A stretch of DNA of 63,888 bases, counting the filler, from Octopus bimaculoides (Eukaryota): the NCBI RefSeq assembly GCF_001194135.2. It is 5 parts of 4 records of this genome, joined end to end, with 100 filler letters (N's around TTAATTAATTAA, not from the genome) between each part and the next. Parts side by side here need not be neighbours in the genome. Positions count along the whole stretch, not along the records: positions 1 to 22,258 come from NC_068985.1; 4 more parts are not named here. One strand, given 5' to 3'. The position numbers were made by a program, and so were the translations under genes. The notes below the pieces were generated by a model. It was given only the letters and a program-made list of their open reading frames with translations. It was not told the origin of the DNA and did no database searches. Of this stretch, positions 1 through 11,473 are shown piece after piece (the first letter of the stretch is position 1; every line of letters starts with the position of its first letter).

Positions 1-43
1 TCTCTCTTTCTCTCTTTCTCTCTCTGTGAAAGTATCTGTCACT

Positions 44-297
44 ACAGTATCGAAATGTGATTGTTTCAGTTAGTGGAATAGTTTCATTTTTAAAGTGAAA
101 GTATTTGACATGAGTGTTTTTGATTCACTTTTGACACGTAATACTTAAATAGTGGAGGAGATATTATGTTGCCGTGGGCTCGAACTCTGCAAGAAGTTAA
201 AACTTTTATTTACTAAAACACAACTGGAACCCTAAGTAAGGCATGTGTAAAATTTGAATGAAATTGGTTGCGTAGTTCTCGAGTGTTAGGGATTCAC

Positions 298-332
<35 letters not shown>

Positions 333-358
333 CACATTCTCATTTTTATATATATAGA
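44..358 (-). mobile_element. Helitron-family non-autonomous 5' fragment
   Basis: The minus strand begins A|TCTATATATATAAAAATGAGAATG (Helitron-type 5'-TC after A), then (GTCT)n and AACCAATTTCATTCAAATTTT. It is a diverged reverse-complement copy of ~55262-55560, which lies upstream of a RepHel-like coding remnant. Confidence 0.65.
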
Positions 359-671
359 TGATGCGTTAAAATTAAGTAGCCTGTAAAATCATTCAAGTTA
401 TGACAATTTTGTATCAAATTCCATAAAATACACACACAGTTGATAACGCATACATTTTATATTAATAATACAACTTTTGGAACTATTAACCTAATTGATT
501 AGGTAGTAACGATAGCTTTTGATTCGGCAGTTTGTATAAGAAATGTGTAGATCGTCCCGAATACTGGACTGTTAATGCATTAGTTTGCCAACAAATAGAA
601 AAAGACGAGTGATCTGTCCCAACCTTTTGCAATAAAGCATGCTCTGCTTTTTATGAATGTATATGATCTTT

Positions 672-827
672 AGTGGCTGGTGGTTCAGTGCTTTGATTAT
701 TTGGCTCATGATCATAAGGTCGTCAGTTCGATTCCCGACGGTGTGTTATGTCCTTGAACAAGACACTTTATTTCACGTTGCTCTAGTCCATTCAGCTAGC
801 AGAAATGAGTTATATCTGTATTTCAAG
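672..827 (+). mobile_element. tRNA-derived SINE, 5' fragment (family also at 33560, 43040, 58318)
   Basis: A/B-box-like head (TGGTTCAGTG...GTTCGATTCCC) followed by GAACAAGACACTTTATTTCACGTTGCTC, shared with the other copies in the window. Confidence 0.6.
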
Positions 828-2627
828 AGTGTTTATGCCCCGATAGAGTTGGAACGCCAAATTTCTTCAAATCTCTGAAAGCACTTCTACATTAATGTTT
901 GTAAGCAATTATATGCAAGTAGTTAAAAAGAGATCAGGTTGCAAACAAATTTCCTTCACAAATGTGGTGTGAGACAAACTACATTGGATGAAGCTTTCAT
1001 TAGATTAATCGATATGTCCAATATATTTTGTGGGTAGTCTTCTATGTAGAATAAATGTTTGTGATCTGCCCAGTATACCTAGACAAGAATAATTAGTTGG
1101 CTTTCACAAAATAGAAACTGAATGTAATACAATCAGTAGTTTTAAGTTTAATAAAAGGCGATGGTGGTCAGTACAAAATAATGGATAGACTAGAATCTGT
1201 TAGATTTAGAATAGATATAGTTATAGAGAATACAAAACAAGAGAAAGAGCATCTAATCAGTCGAGTGATCTGTACTTTTTGATGACTCATGAGGACAACC
1301 TCTCTAGATCGCTAATTGTGTCTCTGCACCCTAGGAAAGACAATTTGGCCAAAATTCTACATTCAACACATTTATTAGGCCATAAGTTACGAGAAAATTA
1401 CCTTCTTGTCTGTGACTTTCTCAGCTTAGAGAACTGGAAATTTGTTTCGTCGACTGCCAGTTGCAGTAAATGTCAATAAGATTTTTCGATGACAGTCGCG
1501 ATTTGCCCATACTACAACCATATTTCACAAACTATATTTTAGTTACACTTTACGGCTTTTCACACGAGCTTCCATTAATAGCAAGAACTACGATAGACTG
1601 TCGAGTTAGGCACTAAAGTATACTACCGTCTCCAGTCTACTAAACGTTCAGAGCAGTTGAGCAAAATATCCTTGAAAACCCACACATCTGCTTGGAATCT
1701 AGTCATACGCGCCCATTCTGGTCCTACGAAGACGGAATTATGGTTTGGGATAAGCAATAAATTACACTGTTTATTAGAAGTCAGTTTCCTTTCTGAGATC
1801 AAGGCGGGTTGCTTATCCACACGTGATACAAATGAGGAATTCATTCTTATCTCTTCATATATGAGCCAGTGAGTTGCGAAACTGGAATGGCGAATGTGTC
1901 AGGAGAAATATAGATTAAGAAGCTCGCATGACTGACGCTGAGGATGGGGTTACATTTCTGGAGGTTCACAAACTCTGCAAAAGAAGTAGTCCTGGATAAG
2001 TAGGAACCGGATGTGAACGGATCTGGAGAGATAAATTCAAAGCCACCTCAAAACCAAGTGAGATGTTGTTTGTGACAGCTGACAGCAGATTATGTTGTCT
2101 CATATCTGGTGCCGTGACCCCTACTTCAGAGTATTCCCCTTACGGCAGAGGGCTAATAGTGATGTAGTGATGGCGCCCTTTACCACAGATTCCTCAAACA
2201 CAGTAGTGTGTAACAACGTCAGTAGCTGTAACAGTAAAAGAAGCAGTCGCAAACACAGCTGTTGCAACAGCAACAACAGCAAGAGAAAGCCTTAAAATCG
2301 CCATATTTGGAAGAATCACCAAACCCCACCAAATATCACAAGTTTACAGATGCGCACAATATTCTGATTTAGAGACGTCAATGTGCGACAAATTCAAGGC
2401 GTAAAATCCTCCAAATATTATCCAAATTGGCAACAGTATCAACGTCAAAAAACAAGAAGCACAGACACAGTAGCAATCAAAGAAAATTAACAAAAACTAG
2501 AAACGAAAGCAACAACACCAGCCAAATAGAAAATTCACTGTTGCAGATATTTTGGAGATGAGGAATTCTGTATATTAATTACATTATTTACATTGGATGG
2601 ATATGTGTCCTCATTTTGTTTGTTGTT

Positions 2628-2674
2628 ACCATAACGTTTCGGCTGATTTACTATCCAGCCTTCATCAGGTGCCC
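2628..2674 (-). ncRNA. Minimal type I hammerhead ribozyme-like motif (Penelope-type), helix I partly decayed
   Basis: Minus strand: GGGCAC CUGAUGA A GGCUG-GAUAGUAAAU-CAGCC GAAA CGUU AUGGU. Both core boxes are intact, helix II is a perfect 5 bp, helix III is the palindrome ACGU, and helix I has 2 mismatches. Confidence 0.55.
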
Positions 2675-2909
2675 TGCTGGAATTTTGAGCTTAACCCTGA
2701 ATACTCATTTCTAAGGTATATTTTGCTGATGTTATCATCATCATCATCATCATCATCATCATTATTATTATTATTATTATTTTATTCAAGGCACTGCTTG
2801 GAATTGGGCTTGGAAACTTGGGTTAGTAACCTGCGCTCTTACCTCTTAGCCATTACGTATTCTCCAGTCGAAGACGTCGAATGAGCGTTCAGCTTTTGCC
2901 GAACGACTG

Positions 2910-3140
2910 CACAGACGATTTGTTTATAGTGACCAAATGTTCGTGTCGCACATCAGCTCACTCTCTCCATCAAATCGATGTTGCCTGATCAGGTGCGTAT
3001 TGCCTGAACATGTGTCGAAGTCATCATAGAGCAGCGTGAGATGAAGTGTTTTGCCCAAGAACACAACACTCCACCCGGTTTAAGAATTGAAACCATGATC
3101 TCGCGATCGTAAGTGCAACACACTAACCACTAGGTGTCCT
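2910..3140 (-). mobile_element. tRNA-derived SINE
   Basis: The head (ACTAACCACTAG...CGATCGTAAGTGCAAC...GAATTGAAACC on +) matches the reverse complement of the heads at 43040 and 58318. Confidence 0.55.
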
Positions 3141-3762
3141 CACATAATGATGACGACGACGACGATGATGATGATAGTAATAATAATAATAACAGTTAAT
3201 GGCTCTCATAGCTTCTGATCTTAATTGATTGGAAGTGTTATCATGTACATTGCTGTGTCTTAATATAAAAAATGGGCTTTAGCAAATATTCTGCTCAAAA
3301 CAGGATTTGCTTGTCAGTTTCTTGACCGTAACCAGTTGAGCATGTCCCTGGGTGGCTGACGATATGTGAATCCCTGATCACGTGCAGAAATAGTAGGGGA
3401 GCATCAGAGCCATGTGTTGAGAGGATTTTTTTGGGGTTTGGATAATTCACTTTTGGAAACATGGGTGTTTCGTTCATCATCCTTAAACAAACCTTATTCA
3501 GGGACCTTTTGAGCGGGATGGTCTACTCTACGTGAAGAAAATTCTAACTGGGCCCCCACATGCAAGGTCATGCCCTATTTATCTTGATTAGATCACCATG
3601 TCGCGCACATATGGTTGTGATACAAGTGCCTGGTGTACCCTTATCAGACGGGTAGTCATGATGGGTGTATTGAGCTTCGTATAATCGTACTCCAGTGTCA
3701 CTTTGATGGCATGCACTGCTCTTTCATAATAATAATAATAATGATTCTAATGTTTCTTCAAG

Positions 3763-3829
3763 GAAGTTCAACGGCTTTATTCATCAGTTCCTTATATCGG
3801 ACGAGTGGCTGCTGAGGATTTCAAAATTG
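3763..3829 (+). CDS. Cytochrome P450 CYP4-clan gene A, K-helix exon (EVQRLYSSVPYIGRVAAEDFKI-G)
   Basis: ttcttcaag|GAA...ATTG|gtgagt, 67 nt, phase 0-1, with an ExxR motif. 17/22 residues are identical to the equivalent exon of gene B (13955-14021). Confidence 0.88.
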
Positions 3830-5981
3830 GTGAGTATACTACTAATATCTCAACAGCTTAGTTCAACACTGCGATGGCTTATGCATGATTATTAGACATG
3901 TTAAAAATAATAACCAAATCTGTCACAAATGACACTTTACCACCTTAAGAAAATAATTGTCAAAGTAGCTCACAAAATGCTCGATAAACAAACGTAGGTG
4001 GGTCACGTCTGGGATGCATCCGAACATAGGTCTGTATGATCTGGGTTCCCCTTTGGCTACACAACTTTTATGTTTTGTTCTATCGTACATATTTTGTTGC
4101 TGTTGTTTAGTTATTAAGTCAGCATTGAATGAGCAGAAATATGATCAAAAACGCTTCAACAATGATCATTCCGTCTTTCATCCAATCATATTAAATCTAA
4201 GATTGCACTATCTAATGTCTCTTTATTTCTTCAAGACGAGAGAAGAGATTTGAGTAAGAGTTGGATTCTGTTTCAGGCACAACAACTCAACTGAGTAGTG
4301 ATCCTCTCATTACTTCTGATATATACATACGTGTATCGTAATTATACACGTGTTTTTTCGAACNNNNNNNNNNTTTTGCGAGCGTTCAAAATAATAATTT
4401 TTCTATCGTCTTGGCTTAACAGCCCTTACCGTTTGTTCTCACTATCTTGTTTTTATTGTCTTGTCTTGCTTTTACTGTCTTTTCCTCACTGTCCTGTTCT
4501 TGTTGACACTTTCACCCTCCGCAAAAAATTCCAAATTTTCATTTAATTTGCTTTGCGGGAAGGACTGTTCCAACGAAGTCGCGTATTGTCCTTGGCTTCG
4601 GAACGCAGAGTAGATGGACAGAGACAACTGATGAAGGGGAATATTCTTTATGTTGCACGTCTCATTTCTCTATTTGTTTTTTCGTTGTTCGAAAAAAAGT
4701 TCGTTTTCTGTTTTCGTCTCTATGTTTTCATTTCTCATTGTGCTTAACGTTTTATTGTGATGTCCTGTACCTATATATGCTTGTATGTATACATATAGAT
4801 GTAGGTATGTACATATATGTATGGATATATGCATATATTTATATATTATCTATATTATTATATATATATGTATATATATATATATATATATNNNNNNNNN
4901 NNNNNNNNNNNNNNNNNNNNNNNNNNNNNNNNNNNNNNNNNNNNNNNNNNNNNNNNNNNNNNNNNNNNNNNNNNNNNNNNNNNNNNNNNNNNNNNNNNNN
5001 NNNNNNNNNNNNNNNNNNNNNNNNNNNNNNNNNNNNNNNNNNNNNNNNNNNNNNNNNNNNNNNNNNNNNNNNNNNNNNNNNNNNNNNNNNNNNNNNNNNN
5101 NNNNNNNNNNNNNNNNNNNNNNNNNNNNNNNNNNNNNNNNNNNNNNNNNNNNNNNNNNNNNNNNNNNNNNNNNNNNNNNNNNNNNNNNNNNNNNNNNNNN
5201 NNNNNNNNNNNNNNNNNNNNNNNNNNNNNNNNNNNNNNNNNNNNNNNNNNNNNNNNNNNNNNNNNNNNNNNNNNNNNNNNNNNNNNNNNNNNNNNNNNNN
5301 NNNNNNNNNNNNNNNNNNNNNNNNNNNNNNNNNNNNNNNNNNNNNNNNNNNNNNNNNNNNNNNNNNNNNNNNNNNNNNNNNNNNNNNNNNNNNNNNNNNN
5401 NNNNNNNNNNNNNNNNNNNNNNNNNNNNNNNNNNNNNNNNNNNNNNNNNNNNNNNNNNNNNNNNNNNNNNNNNNNNNNNNNNNNNNNNNNNNNNNNNNNN
5501 NNNNNNNNNNNNNNNNNNNNNNNNNNNNNNNNNNNNNNNNNNNNNNNNNNNNNNNNNNNNNNNNNNNNNNNNNNNNNNNNNNNNNNNNNNNNNNNNNNNN
5601 NNNNNNNNNNNNNNNNNNNNNNNNNNNNNNNNNNNNNNNNNNNNNNNNNNNNNNNNNNNNNNNNNNNNNNNNNNNNNNNNNNNNNNNNNNNNNNNNNNNN
5701 NNNNNNNNNNNNNNNNNNNNNNNNNNNNNNNNNNNNNNNNNNNNNNNNNNNNNNNNNNNNNNNNNNNNNNNNNNNNNNNNNNNNNNNNNNNNNNTAATAG
5801 ATGGCATCTATTTCAGTGTTATTCTACTTTAACAACTTAAAATGTGATTAGATAATGTATTTCTTATAATATACATTAAATAAAACTGATCGACGATACT
5901 ACAAGCTACATGGGGAATTTTGCTATGCGTCAATGGATTGAAAATACATTAAAAAGTGATTTTTTTTCTCTGTGATTTCAG

Positions 5982-6139
5982 GACAAAGATTTGCTACGAT
6001 AGAAGAGAAAATCGTATTATCACATATCGTCCAGAGATTTAATCTTGAAACAACACAAAAGAGAGAAGAACTTGAATCCTCTTCGGAATTGGTACTCAAA
6101 CCTTTTAATAGCATTCGTGTCAAATTAACCCATCGATAA
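5982..6139 (+). CDS. Cytochrome P450 CYP4-clan gene A, terminal exon (G-QRFATIEEKIVLSHIVQRFNLETTQKREELESSSELVLKPFNSIRVKLTHR*)
   Basis: Acceptor ttttctctgtgatttcag|GA, phase 1, ending in TAA. It resembles the CYP4V/CYP4C C-terminus following the heme Cys (GQKFA..EEK..LS.ILR.F). The intervening PERF/heme exon is not visible and probably lies in the N gap 4892-5794. Confidence 0.9.
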
Positions 6140-6669
6140 TTGCTGTAATCATATACACCTGGAACGGCTTGAGATGTTATTTTGATGTAAAACTATTTTT
6201 TCTTGTTTTAATACTGTTTAGAAATGATCAATAATCAAGATATAGAGGGATAATCGTGCTGAGATAAACATACATACAGGCTTGTGAGACGTTCATATGT
6301 GACTTCCAATATTCAAAAAGCTATTCAGTAAAATATTCAAAATTATATTCTCTTTCTTGGAAATGAGTTCATGTGAATGAAACCTTAGAGTTTGTACTAA
6401 CCAAGGCCAGTAAACTCACTCAGCTTTCATGTAGTATAATTTTAAAAAAAACGTATTATACGGCCCCACCTGTTTACAGTCAAGCTGGAGACATTATTGT
6501 TCAATATAATAGTTTGGACACGTAATTTGAATCTTGACCCATATCTCGATTGCAGACCTAAATTCTCAGTTTATTATTACTACTTTCTCTAAGTGTCACG
6601 AATGCCACACAATCTCATGCCCTTTACCTACTAACTCTTGCTTAAATATTTAAATAATATACTATAGTC

Positions 6670-6675
6670 AATAAA
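6670..6675 (+). promoter_or_regulatory. Candidate polyadenylation signal of CYP gene A
   Basis: AATAAA about 530 nt after the stop codon. Motif only, in AT-rich DNA. Confidence 0.25.
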
Positions 6676-6829
6676 GCTGTGTTTAAAGTACCCACTTATT
6701 GTTATATTGTTCATTAATCAACAGCAATTCACCTCATATTGCTCTTGGAGTGTATGCTTCTACGATATCTTCTGTCGTTTCGTTTCCTTTCCGACACTCA
6801 TTCATAATTTTAGTGTTGCTGAATGTAAA

Positions 6830-7281
6830 GCCGTGTGCTGGTAGAATTGTTAAAATGCCACAGATAAGTGCCTTGTCATATTTGCTACGGGAGTTCAAAT
6901 TACGTCGTTGTAATCATTTCAGGGTCGATAAAATAAAGTACGAGTCAAGTACTGGTGTACGTGGTATCGGCTAATCCATTCCATCAAAACTGTGACATCC
7001 TTGTGCCTAAATCGAAATTCATTGTTATTGTGGAATAGGTTGGCGAGTTAGCAGAATCATTAGCATGCCGGACAAAATGCTTAGCAGTATTTCGTCTGTC
7101 TTTATTTTCTGAGTTCATATTCCGCGAGGACAATACATAGTAGAAAGGATTATTACAATATAATCCTTTCTACTCAACGCAAATGGCCCGAATGTTTTTG
7201 GGAGGAGGGGGCCAGTCAATTACATCGGCCACAGTACGCAACTGGTACTTAATTTATCGACCCCGAAATGATGAAAGTCAA
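6830..7281. mobile_element. Cluster of tRNA-derived SINE fragments (two +, one -)
   Basis: GGCGAGTTAGCAGAATCATTAGC head, GGGGTCGATAAAAT...GTAC core and AGTAGAAAGGATTATT tail on +. The inverse-oriented core AACTGGTACTTAATTTATCGACCCCG follows. Confidence 0.7.
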
Positions 7282-7381
7282 NNNNNNNNNNNNNNNNNNN
7301 NNNNNNNNNNNNNNNNNNNNNNNNNNNNNNNNNNNNNNNNNNNNNNNNNNNNNNNNNNNNNNNNNNNNNNNNNNNNNNNNN

Positions 7382-7676
7382 AATTACGTCGTTGTAATCA
7401 TTTCAGGGTCGATAAAATAAAGTACGAGTCAAGTACTGGCGTACGTGGTATCGGCTAATCCATTCCGTCAAAACTGTGACATCCTTGTGCCTAAATCGAA
7501 ATTCATTGTTATTGTGGAATAGGTTGGCGAGTTAGCAGAATCATTAGCATGCCGGACAAAATGCTTAGCAGTATTTCGTCTGTCTTTATTTTCTGAGTTC
7601 ATATTCCGCGGAGGACAATACATAGTAGAAAGGATTATTACAATATAATCCTTTCTACTCAACGCAAATGGCCCGA
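7382..7676. repeat. Near-exact copy of ~6899-7190 between two gaps (probable assembly duplication)
   Basis: Almost base-identical to the preceding contig end and bounded by N runs on both sides. Confidence 0.75.
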
Positions 7677-8882
7677 NNNNNNNNNNNNNNNNNNNNNNNN
7701 NNNNNNNNNNNNNNNNNNNNNNNNNNNNNNNNNNNNNNNNNNNNNNNNNNNNNNNNNNNNNNNNNNNNNNNNNNNNNNNNNNNNNNNNNNNNNNNNNNNN
7801 NNNNNNNNNNNNNNNNNNNNNNNNNNNNNNNNNNNNNNNNNNNNNNNNNNNNNNNNNNNNNNNNNNNNNNNNNNNNNNNNNNNNNNNNNNNNNNNNNNNN
7901 NNNNNNNNNNNNNNNNNNNNNNNNNNNNNNNNNNNNNNNNNNNNNNNNNNNNNNNNNNNNNNNNNNNNNNNNNNNNNNNNNNNNNNNNNNNNNNNNNNNN
8001 NNNNNNNNNNNNNNNNNNNNNNNNNNNNNNNNNNNNNNNNNNNNNNNNNNNNNNNNNNNNNNNNNNNNNNNNNNNNNNNNNNNNNNNNNNNNNNNNNNNN
8101 NNNNNNNNNNNNNNNNNNNNNNNNNNNNNNNNNNNNNNNNNNNNNNNNNNNNNNNNNNNNNNNNNNNNNNNNNNNNNNNNNNNNNNNNNNNNNNNNNNNN
8201 NNNNNNNNNNNNNNNNNNNNNNNNNNNNNNNNNNNNNNNNNNNNNNNNNNNNNNNNNNNNNNNNNNNNNNNNNNNNNNNNNNNNNNNNNNNNNNNNNNNN
8301 NNNNNNNNNNNNNNNNNNNNNNNNNNNNNNNNNNNNNNNNNNNNNNNNNNNNNNNNNNNNNNNNNNNNNNNNNNNNNNNNNNNNNNNNNNNNNNNNNNNN
8401 NNNNNNNNNNNNNNNNNNNNNNNNNNNNNNNNNNNNNNNNNNNNNNNNNNNNNNNNNNNNNNNNNNNNNNNNNNNNNNNNNNNNNNNNNNNNNNNNNNNN
8501 NGGTGGTGCATCCTAAATCCTGTCATTATTTTTCTTGGCTTCCTATCTATTTTTATTAGTTCATTTATCGCCCAGTTAAGAGTTTTGCAGTTGTAACTTA
8601 TAACTGGGACGGCTAGAGTTTGATACCTATTATCTTTTTTTTNNNNNNNNNNNNNNNNNNNNNNNNNNNNNNNNNNNNNNNNNNNNNNNNNNNNNNNNNN
8701 NNNNNNNNNNNNNNNNNNNNNNNNNNNNNNNNNNNNNNNNNNNNNNNNNNNNNNNNNNNNNNNNNNNNNNNNNNNNNNNNNNNNNNNNNNNNNNNNNNNN
8801 NNNNNNNNNNNNNNNNNNNNNNNNNNNNNNNNNNNNNNNNNNNNNNNNNNNNNNNNNNNNNNNNNNNNNNNNNNNNNNNNNN

Positions 8883-9200
8883 TTTGGTAAATCTATATAC
8901 TGTCTGTAGTAATGTTTCCAGCTGCTTATCATTTGTAGCATACAGTTTTATATCATCCATATACGAGGGATGGTTGATTATTTTGCCGTAACTTTTGTAT
9001 CCACATCCAGTCCTGTTTAGCGCGCGAGATAAAGATGTCAGTGCCAAGCAGAAAAGGAGTGGAGAGAGCGTGTATCGCCGGAATATGTTTCTTTTTATGG
9101 GATTGGCTTTGGTTTTTTATATTATTATTATTATTTCCACATGATGTGGGAGTGTTCAAAAGCTTATTAGACAAAAATTATTGGAAGGCCGTTCAAGGGA
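8883..9200 (-). mobile_element. R4/Dong-like non-LTR retrotransposon RT fragment
   Basis: Translation LSPLLFCLALTSLSRALNRTGCGYK...INHPSYMDDIKLYA, an RT core with a YMDD motif typical of RLE-clade elements. Confidence 0.8.
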
Positions 9201-9389
9201 CCAATCCAAGACTAGGGTAAGTGTCAAACACGTTTTTTGTTTCTTTTCCCCGCTCCTAGAATGGCACTTCTAAGAATAGTTTGTATAAATAATCGTAACC
9301 TGAAGATAGCATGGAAGCAGGGTAAACTGCTCAACGATTCAAAGTCACTACGTCTGGATGTTTAGCCATTAGCGACAGTAGGATTTCCG

Positions 9390-9745
9390 AAATGTAATTG
9401 CTTTCTCTACTTCTGGATAGCTACATGTTTTGTGTCTCTTCCGGCGAACCAAGATCGAATGGCATTACGGTGCTGTTTCGAAAAGAACTCGACCCGAAGG
9501 TGAGTATAATTTTCCTGGATTCAGTCGGTAGATTAGTGATCTTGGATGTAAATAGCATGGAAGGCAACGATGAAGCCTTACCACAAGTGGCAGTCTCTGC
9601 CTCAACCGGAGCCAGGCGGCCGGATTTCTCTAGGCATACAGAAACTTTTCTAGGAACAACTCGGTCATTAGTGTTAGTGGGCTACTGGAATGAAATTTTG
9701 AGCATAAGCAAAATTCTATGAGAACAGCTGATGGGATGCTATATA
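9390..9745 (+). mobile_element. Tx1/L1-like APE endonuclease fragment
   Basis: SNGITVLFRKELDPKVSIIFLDSVGRLVILDV...SLVLVGYWNEIL resembles the APE motifs GV..L / D..GR...LDV / LxGDWNAIL. Confidence 0.65.
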
Positions 9746-9814
9746 AGNNNNNNNNNNNNNNNNNNNNNNNNNNNNNNNNNNNNNNNNNNNNNNNNNNNNN
9801 NNNNNNNNNNNNNN

Positions 9815-10000
9815 CCTCTTTATGATATGTAGCATGAGACCGAGAGGGTCGTGAGTCGAACTGTTTGTGATGGCGCACGTTTGCGCATCAACAACAAGAT
9901 CATCGAAAGATGCACCAACCTCTTTGCTAACAGCTTGACCAAAATTTGAAATATCAAAGTAATGGGGTTAATATTATCAATGCGATTCTTCTTTGTATGA
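9815..10000 (-). mobile_element. Tx1/L1-like RT fragment
   Basis: Frameshifted translation NPITL...KLLAKRL...VDAQTCAITNSSTHDPLGLMLHII matches the RT N-terminal pattern RPITLL..KILAKRL...Q.C....DNL.L.R.II. Confidence 0.6.
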
Positions 10001-11124
10001 CTCCTGTTTTTGTAGTTCCACTGAACCTCTACTCGCCGAATTAGGAATTCTCCTGTTCTGCTGCCGTTTGTAATAGATAGTTGCCAAGTGACCTCCTAAC
10101 ATGTTTAGCATATAAAATTAAAAATCGTAAGACAGAATATCTAAACTAGTCAACCATTACTTTCAGTATTCTTGTAGTTATCGGCTTTGTGCCACCGTTC
10201 ATCTCTTGCCGAGAGACGCAGCATGTTGTCGCAGTCAGCACAGAAATCCATCCTACGCTCTGGCCTGCCATTTGTTCTGAAGGTTGATAGGTAAAGTTTA
10301 TTTGTTCGCGATTCGAACTCAAAACATAAAATGGCAGATGAAATTCTGCAAAGCATGATGTTCGATGCTTTATCGAATCTACCAGGAAACTATACTTTTC
10401 TACACAGCGCCTGCAATATCGGGAGGAGAAGGTTGAGCTGATTACATCGTCCCCAGGGATCAACTGGTACTTGTTTAATCGANNNNNNNNNNCGAAAAAG
10501 TGAAAAGGAAAGTCGGCCTTGGCAAGATTTGAAAGTTTGAACTCAGAAATTAATGAGTTGGATAAAAATGCCCGTCATAAGTGGAAAACAACAAGAAATG
10601 TACGTCACTGGGTAAAGCTAATCTTTTAAATTGGGATTGTTAGAGTAAAATAGACAAGGCAAGATTTCGAGATGGAGATTTTTCTAATGAAGGATGAAAT
10701 GAGTTCTTTGATATCGAGTCAGAAATGCATCATATATTCATACTAAATTCATTTGATTAATGAGAAACACGACAATAAATGAAACTTGTTATAATTATTT
10801 TATTGATTATGGTTTATTATTTATTTATTAAAGAACAGTTTACATAGAAATATTACACAGGACATTAGATTAGTAACATCAGTAACATTCATAAAATTGT
10901 AACGACATCAGTGAAATGTAACAGCTACAATCGAATGTTGAAGTTCTGAAATCAGTTCTACTTTTTCAAACAATTATATTGAAGAGTAAAATTGTGGTGA
11001 TATGTATCACCCAAAATAAGACCATAAGGAAGTCCATAGAAGCCAATGAGTTTATTTAAAGTGAGTAATGAAAGAATAAAACATTTCGGTTAGTTAACAT
11101 TATCCCAAATGAGAAAATAGATAT

Positions 11125-11130
11125 TTTATT
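11125..11130 (-). promoter_or_regulatory. Candidate polyadenylation signal of CYP gene B
   Basis: AATAAA on the minus strand about 180 nt after the stop codon. Motif only. Confidence 0.3.
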
Positions 11131-11306
11131 GAATATTTTATTGAATATTGAAAGTTACACATATATGTCATACTAGCAAGTATGTATATCCACTTCAGCA
11201 TGAAGAAATATTTTCTATTTTGANNNNNNNNNNNNNNNNNNNNNNNNNNNNNNNNNNNNNNNGAGAAAATATTTCTTCAAAATAATATGTCAAAGAATGC
11301 TTGGTG

Positions 11307-11473
11307 TTACTCCAGTTGTCGATGGGTAAGTGTGACATAAATGTCCTTACTAGGTCTGAGTACCATTTCCATAGATGGTAGAACTTCTTCTATTTTTTGG
11401 TTTGATTTGATATTGTATTTTTGGAAGATTCCTGATAGTATGATTTTCAGTTGAAGATAAGCTAATTTTTGTC
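11307..11473 (-). CDS. Cytochrome P450 CYP4-clan gene B, terminal exon (G-QKLAYLQLKIILSGIFQKYNIKSNQKIEEVLPSMEMVLRPSKDIYVTLTHRQLE*)
   Basis: Acceptor ttttcag|GA CAA AAA, phase 1, with TAA at 11309-11307. CYP4V-like C-terminus; 24/51 residues are identical to the terminal exon of gene A. Confidence 0.92.

Noticed and set aside
1270-1860. Possible LINE RT remnant on the minus strand
   Set aside because: No motif could be read reliably; too decayed to call.
4620-4670. CTGATGA at 4628-4634 inside a GAGAC/GTCTC stem
   Set aside because: No GAAA box follows helix II, so it is not a hammerhead as it stands.
7139-7174. Perfect 15-bp hairpin AGTAGAAAGGATTAT/ATAATCCTTTCTACT
   Set aside because: Explained by two SINE copies meeting tail to tail; each arm is the SINE 3' end.
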